Assembly (NCBI GenBank): GCA_951406725.2
Contig: OX597819.1
Location: 132,742,001 to 132,806,000 of the forward strand
Reading direction: 5' to 3'
DNA length: 64,000 nucleotides
From: Octopus vulgaris
Taxonomy: Eukaryota
The notes beneath the pieces were generated by a model. The model was given only the letters and a program-made list of their open reading frames with translations, was not told the DNA's origin and ran no database searches. This document shows positions 54,848 through 64,000 of the stretch, piece after piece (the first letter of the stretch is position 1; every line of letters starts with the position of its first letter). The position numbers and the translations under genes are program-made.

Positions 54848-54997
54848 CGTGTATGTGTGTGTGCGTGTGTGTATGTATATATGTACGTATATATATATAT
54901 ATATATATATAATTTATACTGTATACATATATTTATATATATGTTTATATATATATGTGTGTGTGTTCGTGTATACGGCTGTGTGTGTACATATATT

Positions 54998-55051
<54 letters not shown>

Positions 55052-56475
55052 TATGTGTGTGTGTGTGTGTGTGTGTATGTGTGTATATGTGTGCGTATGT
55101 TCATGTATGTGATTCATTTTTATACTTCTATTAAAAAATTTAATATGAAGAATCAATAGCTAAGTGAGTTAAATTTTCGAAGATTTGATGTAATTCTCGC
55201 CTGATGTGTTGCTCGCCCTCATCTCTCTCTCTCGCTCTCTCCCTCTCTCTCGCTACATATATATAACATTTATATATTAGCTTAAACGAAATTTTTTCTT
55301 CAGAGATGATAACCAATGAACCAGATAAAAGGCAACAAAATTTGAGCGAATATAATAAAATAAGATCGTGTTCAATATGAATGCTTTTATAGTTTGTCTT
55401 TTATAAATTTTGAAAACAGTTGTAGAAAAATGACGCAATTGAGAATATTATAGTTTTTTTTTTAATAAGTATATCGAAAACGAAAGGTTTATTTCCAATT
55501 TGGCAGAATTTAGTTTATAATATTTTCCTGTTTTTGAGATTTATGGAAAATAAAAAAAAAGGACATTATATGTGAAAATGATTAGTTGAAATGCGTATAT
55601 TTTTGATAAATGTATATTTATTGCATGGAAACTTGAAATATATTTTCTTTTCAGAATTTTTCCTTTTGAGAATAATGCCTTTAGATAGATATCATTAATC
55701 ATTTGTACAAGATTTTCCATTTTGAAAGTGAATTTATCATTCCCAAATATTCCAGGCGTTTCTTTAGAGATTTCTTCAGGAATAACCTTCATAGAGAACA
55801 CCGATTAAATGTTTTGATATTGTCTAATGAAAAAAAAAAAAAATAACCAACCAAACAAACAAAAATGAAAAACAAAATTAAATATAAATATCGAAATATA
55901 TTTTATTGAAATTCTTTTCAAGTACCACTAAAAAATAAATTAGAATTTTTTTTTTCACATAAAGTCTGAAACCTTAACTACATTTTTATTTTTCTAAAGA
56001 TTGAAGTAGATAATGCGATAGAAATTTTATCTCCGACCCTGGTTGGCAGATCAGGAAATTATGAAATGAACGTGAGAAACTATTTCCGTATTGTCACAAA
56101 ATCTAACCCAGAAATCTTTGAAAAAGTTAATACAGCTGCAGCAGAGACGCAATTTTTTAAATTCCATTCCTATGAATTTTACATTGTATTGCATGCGAAT
56201 GGGTGCCAAAGAACATAGCTGAGTTGCGTTAGGAGTAAATTAGAAATTCTGATGAAGCTTGTGGAGAGAGCATACGTATGACGACTTCTGGCATGTTCTA
56301 ATATCCAGATTTCCTTCAGACGACCACAAAAATCTTAAAGCAGGTTACATTAAATGCTGCCCTCCTATTGTTTTAGAAGGAAATAGATCGCAGATATGAG
56401 GACTAAAGACATTCGTTCATGTTTTATTGTAGTCGAAGTAATGGTCGGTTGTTCCAGTCTGTGTATCGTCAAAGG

Positions 56476-57014
56476 TGTGGAGGCGCAATGGCCCAGTGGT
56501 TAGGGCAGCGGACTCGCGGTTTCGATTCCCAGACCCGGCATTGTGAGTGTTTATTGAACGAAAACACCTATTATATATATATTATATAAATTATATATAT
56601 ATACACACACACACTCGCACATATACAGAGTGGAGGCGCAATGGCTCAGTGGCTGGGGCAGCGGTCTCGCGGTCGTAGGATCGTGGTTTCGATTCCTAGA
56701 CTGGGCGTTGTGAGTGTTTATCGAGCGAAAGCACCTAAAGCTCCACGAGGCTCCGGCAGGGGATGGTGGTGATCCCTGCTGTACTCTTTCACCACAACTT
56801 TCTCTCACTCTTTCTTCCTGTTTCTCTTGTACCTGTATTTCAAAGGGCCGGCCTTGTCACACTCTGTGTCACGCTGAATCTCCTCGAGAACTACATTAAG
56901 GGTACACGTGTCTGTGGAGTGCTCAGCCACTTGCACGTTAATATCACGAGCAGGCTGTTCCGTTGATCGTATCAGCTGGGACCCTCATCGTCGCAACCGA
57001 CGGAGTGCTCCCAA
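56476..57014 (+). mobile_element. Composite SINE (truncated head, microsatellite, full SINE) within one 12-bp TSD
   Basis: TSD tatcgtcaaagg at 56464-56475 and 57015-57026; the tggaggcgcaatggc head occurs twice. Confidence 0.85.
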
Positions 57015-57359
57015 TATCGTCAAAGGAGATAAGATTAAGACGACATTCCAAGAAACATTCAAACGGAAGCAACCAACCTGGAGAACTGAGTGAATCGTTG
57101 AGAAAGATTTCCTGCAGTGGATATATTCTGGATTCGTAAAATATCTGAATGAATGTTTGCTAATCATTGCTTTGTTGGATGAGACCAAAAGTAAACAACT
57201 AAGGATTTGTAACGTCTCAAAATTCCAACATGGATTAGAGGCAGTGTAGAAGTAAATCTTGTCACTGGAATCAGCCGGTCGCTGCCATAGCTTCTCGCTT
57301 TATTAAACTCTCAACAATTTACCATTATCTTGGTGATTTAATATAAATATATCGCAACT

Positions 57360-57578
57360 GAGTCACCGAGGCGGCAGAATCGTTAGCAAGCCGGACAAAA
57401 TACCTTACGGCATTTCATCCGTCTTTACATTCTGAGTTTTATTTCCGCCGAGATCGATCTTTGCCTTTCATCCTTTCGTGGGTCGATAAAATAATTATCT
57501 ATTTAGTACTATGGTCGATGTTATCAACTTCGCCTCTCCCCCAAAATTGCCGGCCTTGTGACGAAATTTGAAACCAAT
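57360..57578 (+). mobile_element. SINE (12989 family)
   Basis: ggcagaatcgttagc...ttgcctttcatcctttcg..gtcgataaa. Confidence 0.8.
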
Positions 57579-58503
57579 TGAATATATCTCAACTTAAGAG
57601 TTATATCACAACTGTTGATATAATCATTCAGTTTTGTGTCTTTCAACGAGGCTGAATTCTGCTGCTCGCACTGAGACATCCACCATTGTGTGACTTTCTT
57701 CAAGAAGCGAAATCCTATTATTGTGTCTCGAAATAGAATAATTGTGTTTCCGGTGCTTCCGTTGAATGCCGTCCTTAGTCTTCACGTGATTAGGTGATTA
57801 GACGAATGCGAAATTGTAAGAAAAAAAACCAATTGTGAAGTTCCTTCCTTGATTTTCTTCATAAGACGACGTTTTTGCATTGAACATAAAAGTAACGAGA
57901 CAAAAGCAGAGCGAGATATCAGTTTATTGCGTCCATCGAGACGGGTGGCTGATGCCAACTTCAAAGAAATAAATTAAGATTTAGTTCAACGAATTAACAT
58001 ACGACACGAGAAAATAAGTAAAATACATCCATAAAAGACAAAACAAAAAACAAACTTAATCCAATTAATTTTAAAACTAGAAAGATAGAACAAAGTGAAG
58101 AGAATTTGAAAAAATATTTTCGAAAATTCTATTTTCAGATATTTCAATTTCTGTTTGATATTAGATTCTTTCAGTTTAACAGAATTTCATGTACAGTAAT
58201 CTTATATGCATCACTGTCTTTCAAATTCCCTTACCGTTTGGAGTCTCTTGCCTATGACCTAATATGGTAATGCCAGCTACATACTGCTTTCCCTAATTCC
58301 GTAGTGTGTTTTTCTGCCCCTTAGACAATAATATGTCCCATGTTTCTTTTCCCAATTATAATCGAGTTTCCCCTTGAAAATGAAAAATACAAAACTGTTT
58401 AATTTTTGAGTTCAGCACATTAATTATAGTGAGGAAAAAAATTATCCATTGTAACGCTATGAATAGAAAAGGTTGGGATCCGAGAGACTCATTATTAATG
58501 TTG

Positions 58504-58561
<58 letters not shown>

Positions 58562-58564
58562 GAT

Positions 58565-60390
58565 ATGTGTTTTCCTTTCCAGTGATTTCATTTTCCAGTT
58601 GTTTATTCTTCCTGGTTCATTTTGTTTCTTAAATGTGTGTGGGTGCATCGCAATTTCGGTAGGTATTTTATTGTTAATTCTAACAGCGGCAAATAAGGAT
58701 TCCCTCTGCTGTTTGATGTACCATCCCAGACTGTTCTTCTCGTTGACAACACAGATCTTGCATCCTATGAGACCTCCTCCACCTCTGTTTCTAGGCACAT
58801 ACAGTCTGTCAGTATCGCTTTTCGGGTGTAGTTCCTTGTTAATTGTCATCACTTCTAGCTTTCCTTCATTTCATTTTCCTTGATTTTGTCGCATTCTAAA
58901 ATCCCCAGATATTTATATCCATTAGTCTCAATATCCTTGATTTTTCTCGCCGTTGGGTAGTTCTACACCATCAGACGACACCATTTTGCCTCTTTGTATT
59001 ATAAGCATACCACACATTTTAGTCTCAATTCCATTCCGATATCCTTACTAAATATCTGCACTGGTGAAATTAGACAATTTATTTCACATCCAGTCTTTCC
59101 AAAGATTTTAACCCATCCATATATAACAGATGATTTAATTTTCCTCCACTCTTCAAGTTGTACCCAGATGTCACTTTCCGTTGTATCTGTGTGACGGGTA
59201 TCATACAAATCACAAACCGCAGCGGTGACAGGCTATCTCCTTGAAATATGCCTTTCCTGATATAAACCGTCGCATCTTTGTTATGCTTTCTTCCATTATC
59301 CCATCTGTTACTCCAAAATCTGTTGATTCCTTCAAGGGTCTGGTCTCTCACAGCTTTTCATTCAGCTGTTGATAAACCTTTTTCTAGTCATGTTGGAACA
59401 ATCTGTTTTTTATATTGTTCAATGTTTTAGTCATATCTCTTGATCTTTGTCGCTTTAGCCTGCAATCTTTGTTTCAGCTCTTCAAGAACTGCATTTAGCT
59501 TCCTTTTTCTTTATCCCATAACTACATTCTATTTCCTGATATTTCTCCTCTCACTTAATTTCACTTTTTTCCTTTCTTTCCAAGATGGTGATATGTTTTT
59601 GCAGTTCTTTCATTGATTGCTTTATTGTTCTTTTCCACCAAACTTCTTTTTTTTCATTCCCACATTTATGGTTTGGTTCGAGGCCTACTTTACTTCCTGT
59701 ACAGAAGATGCAGGTTTTAATCAATCTCTTCGCTCCGCTTATATTATCTGTCTTGATTTCTTTCAGTATTTTATTCACCTTAAGGGTCCACCCCCTGAGC
59801 AAATTTCTATCTACTTCCCTGAATCCATTTATTTCCATATCCAGGTTTTCCCCAAGGATTCTAGTAATGTCTTCGATCGTTCCTTTGTCTTCGTTATTCA
59901 GTCCTCTTCTACACTCGCTGCTTCAGACATTATACTTCTCTCATTTCCTCTCATTAAGTGCAGCATCGTCATCATTCTCTGTCTCTCCTTCTGCAACGCT
60001 TCCCCTGTTTTCTGTCATCACCCGCCTCCTAATCTCATCGAGCTCTATTACTGTTAGCCATTCTTTCTTCTTTATTCCTCTTACCTGGCCACAGAGTCTG
60101 TCTTCCGTAATACCTGCACCCTGCTTCTCCATCCATATGTTATGCATCATCTTTCTACATCCTCTTGTGATTCTCCCTTCATTTTCAGTGTTTCTTTTCA
60201 AAAACTAACATTCCATGGCAGCTGTATTCATCATCTTTGTCCATTTAGATCTGGGGGCCGTATTATGACGAGCGGACCTGTGCTGCTCACCTACAGGGCA
60301 CCTGCCGGGTAAAAATACGTCACCTATCGTCCCATCCTCATTTACGCCGTTGTTTGTGTCAATTATATTATTCATTACTCTCACGCACAT
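58565..60390 (-). mobile_element. Degenerate R4/Dong-like LINE, N-terminus to RT, internally deleted
   Basis: KWT..N..MEC / ITEDRLCGQVRGIKKKEWL; GIFQGDSLSPL; LNHLLYMD; YKYLGIL; HPKSDTDRLYVPR..GGGLI; abuts (ATT)n. Confidence 0.85.
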
Positions 60391-60706
60391 GAAAGAGTTG
60401 ATAAGGTGTCACAACCACAAGTATTTTTATCGACGCACCATCTCTAGACGGGTTTATTGCCGAAATTATGTTCCTGGCACTGAACTTTGAAGACAATGTT
60501 TTTCTCACTCGCCGCTGATACTCTCTTTTTGTCTCTTCCTTCATGTTATTGTTTGCTTCTATCTGCCTCAAGTATTCCCAGGTATTTATAGCTGGATTGA
60601 GGTTGAATTGCCTTCACATTTCACCATTTGGCAACTACACGCGTTCTGTTCAGAAAAGGCTTTGCTCGTCTCATCACCATATACTGTCGTTGTCATTATT
60701 ATTATT

Positions 60707-61260
60707 GAGTGAGAGATCAGTGCATGCCATCAAAGTGACACTGGGGTAAAATATACGAAGCCCAGTATACCCATTAGGACTACCCGTCTGATAAGAGTAC
60801 ACTCAGCACATGCGTCACAACCACGTATGCGCGACGTGGTGATTTCATATCAAGATAAACAGCACATAACCTTGCAGGTGAGGCTCAGTTAGAATTTTTT
60901 TCTGGTCGTGTAACTCATCCCGCTCAAAAGGTCCCTGATTAAGGGTTGTTTAAGGATGTTGAACGAAACACCCATGTTTCCAGAGGTGTATTATCCAACC
61001 CCCAAAGAATTCCTCTCAACACATGGCTATGATGCTCCCCTACTACTTCTGCTCGTGATCAGAGATGCACATATCGTCAGCCACTAAGGGACATGCTCAA
61101 CTGGTTATGGTCAAACAATTGAGAAGCAAATCTGTGGTTTTGAGCAGAATGTTTGATGTAGCCTATCTTTTATACCAAGACAAAACAATGTACATGATAA
61201 CACTTCCAATCAGTTAAGATTAGAAGCCATGAGAGCCACTGCCTGGTACTGCACGGGGGT
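60707..61260 (-). mobile_element. Family A ~535-bp non-coding element
   Basis: Reverse complement of 6724-7252; flanked by (ATT)n on both sides. Confidence 0.8.
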
Positions 61261-61289
61261 ATATTATTATTATTATTATTGTTGTTTAT

Positions 61290-61661
61290 GGGTTTTTCTT
61301 CTTCTTTTAAATCTGCTTCCATTTCTTGCCGAGTGTCTTTCCGACTCCTAGGGCAAAGAAACTCATAGTATACATTGGTAAGCCATTAAACTAAACTCAC
61401 CAGTTCGTTCATTTTTTTTTTTATAGAAATAAAGTTAAATTAAAATACATGGGTAGTAATAGTTCTCACATCGACAATGCTCTTCTCAATACGTGTGATG
61501 TACCAGTTAAGACGATCCTTCGCACTTCTTGCAGGGATGGTAAGCCAAAAAAAAAAAAGATTGTCTTAACTGGTACATCACACGTATTGAGAAGAGCATT
61601 GTCGATGTGAGAACTATTACTACCCATGTATTTTAATTTAACTTTATTTCTATAAAAAAAA

Positions 61662-61663
<2 letters not shown>
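61290..61663 (-). mobile_element. Short family B LINE insertion with a 105-bp foldback duplication
   Basis: 61290-61546 is the reverse complement of 6310-6570; then an A-run, then 61559-61663, the reverse complement of 61413-61517. Confidence 0.9.
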
Positions 61664-61745
<82 letters not shown>

Positions 61746-62572
61746 GCTTTTGCACAGCTTCTAACGCTGGAGATGTACTACGGTGTCAGCTGTTCACTAC
61801 CAGTGAACTAGTGAGGGCGCGTGGCTTAGTGGTTAGGGCATTCGGCTCATGATCGTAAGGTTGTGAGTTCGATTCCCGGCGACGCGTTGTGTCCTTGAGC
61901 AAGACACTTTATTTCACGTTGCTCCAGTCCACTCAGCTGGCAAAAATGAGTTGTACTTGTATTTCAAAGGGTCAGCCTTGTCACTCTCTGTGTCACGCTG
62001 ATTATCCCCGAGAACTACGTTAAGGGTACACGTGTCTGTGGCATGCTCAGCCATTTGCACGTTAATTTCACGAGCAAGCTGTTCCGTTGATAGTATCAGC
62101 TGGGACCCTCGTCGTCGTAACCGGCGGAGTCTTTTTTACCAGTGAACTAAGGTAACACCTCTTATTTTTCGAGCACCTCCCAGAGTATTCGAGCGGTTCC
62201 AAGCAGTGCTGTTTTCTGCAAGTACTCCATCCTTATTGAAACCCCTATTTGTTCCGCGTACTTCTCGAGATTTTGCTCCCTGTTCCCAGGGCTCCGGCAA
62301 TTATTGGTACCACTACCACCTTTTTCCTCGACCACAGATGCTTAACCTCCCAAGCTAGCCTGTCATACTTCTCGACTTTTCTTTCTTTCTTATTGCATAC
62401 CTTGTTGTCAGCTGAGCATTCTGTATCTATGATCCAGCATAGTTTGCTTTCTTTCTCAATTATGACTATGTCCGGCTTCCTATTCTCTATCTCAGGGTCT
62501 CACTGAATCATAAAATCCCGTAGGATCTTTGCATTTCTATTTTCGACGATGCCTTCAGGTTTGTGGTTGTAC
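61746..62572 (-). mobile_element. RLE LINE 3' fragment (family C), split by a SINE
   Basis: KPDIVIIEK..IIDTEC, PIIAGALG, LQKTALLGTARIL.EVLEK*; 3' UTR ends in (AAT)n. Confidence 0.85.
61811..62136 (+). mobile_element. Full-length tRNA-derived SINE with 13-bp TSD
   Basis: A-box tggcttagtgg, B-box gagttcgattcc; TSD taccagtgaacta at 61798-61810 and 62137-62149. Confidence 0.92.
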
Positions 62573-62585
62573 CTTATTATTATTA

Positions 62586-62787
62586 AGGCGGTCAGCTGGC
62601 AGAATCGTTAGCATGCCGGCCAAAATGCTTATCGTTATTTCGTCCGTCTCTAAGTTCTGATTTCAAATTCCGCCGCGGTCGACTTTGCCTTTCATCCTTT
62701 CGGGATCGATAAAATAAGAACCGGTTGAGTGCTGGGGTCGATGTAATCGACTTACCACTCCAGAATTTGACAGGCTTTGTAGAAAGT
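62586..62787 (+). mobile_element. SINE (12989 family)
   Basis: ggcggtcagctggcagaatcgttagc...gtcgactttgcctttcatcctttcgggatcgataaa. Confidence 0.85.
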
Positions 62788-62840
62788 GTTCTTCTTCCTC
62801 TTCTTCTTCCTCTTCTTCTTCCTCTTCTTCTTCTTCGTCT

Positions 62841-62872
<32 letters not shown>

Positions 62873-62968
62873 TTCCTTTCTTCTTCTTCTTCTTCTTCTT
62901 CTTCTTCTTCTTCTTCTGCTTCTTCTTCCTCTACTTCCTCTTCTTCTGCTTCTTCTTCTTCTTCTTCT

Positions 62969-63003
<35 letters not shown>

Positions 63004-63121
63004 TTCTTCTGCTTCTTCTTCTTCTTCTTCTTCTTCTTCTTCTTCTTCTTCTTCTTCTTCTTCTTCTTCTTCTTCTTCTTCTTCTTCTTCTTCTTCTTCT
63101 TCTTCTTCTTCTACTTCTTCT
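62788..63121 (+). repeat. (TTC)n microsatellite
   Basis: Direct reading. Confidence 0.95.
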
Positions 63122-64000
63122 AGTTCGTTCATTTTTTTTTTTAAAGTTAAATTAAAATACATCGGTAGTAATAATTCACATCAACAATGCTCTTCTCAAT
63201 ACGTGTGATGTACCAGTTAAGACAATCTTTTACACTTCTTGCAGGGATGGTAAGCCAGGGATCATTCTCATATAATTTTCGGTTCCCTTCTTGATCATTC
63301 CTAGTGCTCCTACGATCACTGGTATTGTAACCGCCTTGAGATGCCACATTTTCTCAATTTCAATGAGTAGGTCTTTATATTTTCTGAGCTTGTCAAACTC
63401 TTTCGCTGAGATATTATGATCACAGGGGATGCTCATGTCGCTCAATGAGCAAACTTTATTGTTTTGATCTTTCACAACAATATCTGGTTTATTGGCCTTG
63501 ATGGTTCGGTCTGTATGTACTGGAAAGTCCCACAGAATGGTTACATTTTCTCCTTCAGTTACAGCCTCAGGGTGGTGATTATACCACTTGTCGGCAGTTT
63601 TGATATTGTAATGCCGACTTATTAGTCATGTCTTAATTTATACTCCACTGGTGCTAAGACTTTACATCCAGAGATTAGGTGGTCCACTGTTTCAATCATG
63701 TCGTTGCAGAATCGGCATTTTGGGTCTGCTCCATTTTTCATCACATTGGCCTGGTAGTTCCGGGTTAATAGGCTTTGATCTTGAGCAGCCGGGATGAAAC
63801 CTTCGATCTCTGCTTTTAGCCCTGAGCTCCGTAGCCACTGATGGGTTTGTTTCTGGTCAACATCAGCTTGTTTGCTGCGGGCCACATATTTGCCGTGCAG
63901 AGGTTTCTCCTCCCACCTATCAGCCAATTGCTCGTGCGCTTTTTTCGTTGCCATTATTTTTACCTTCTTTGCAACAATAGTTGCCATACTTCCCTTGGGT
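63122..64000 (-). mobile_element. Family B R4/Dong-like LINE copy, running off the window and frameshifted
   Basis: Near-identical protein to 5540-6391; a 25-nt deletion after RHD shifts the frame; 3' UTR ends at the (GAA)n tract. Confidence 0.9.

Noticed and set aside
55540-57200. Mariner-like or host coding remnant around the composite SINE
   Set aside because: No DDE or other diagnostic motif could be read in any frame.
61513-61523. ADAR-edited RNA captured by reverse transcription (two sense-strand A-to-G changes)
   Set aside because: Only two sites plus an adjacent T-to-C change; ordinary mutation explains it.

Overview
AT-rich eukaryotic intergenic or intronic DNA packed with microsatellites and transposons. 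The mix of tRNA-derived SINEs, (AAT)n-associated RLE LINEs and Penelope-like elements suggests a cephalopod (Octopus-like) genome, which is my inference. I find no supportable host exon, and most listed ORFs are microsatellite artefacts. Real coding remnants are R4/Dong-like RLE LINEs (one with ~1.5 kb of open frame), RTE, CRE, three Penelope GIY-YIG remnants, a Tc1 element and a hAT element with intact TIRs and TSD. The most notable unexplained structure is about ten minimal type-I hammerhead ribozyme (HHR) motifs. Three ORF-less foldback elements (639-2673, 34573-35348, 52904-53362) carry an outward-facing HHR motif in each arm, and one cassette joins a tRNA-like Pol III head, an (AAT)n tract and an HHR (31288-31670). 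Also visible are fossil retrotransposition intermediates (a snap-back junction and a 5' inversion) and head-to-tail stacks of elements in (AAT)n tracts. Coordinates of degenerate elements are approximate, and identities were judged by eye.
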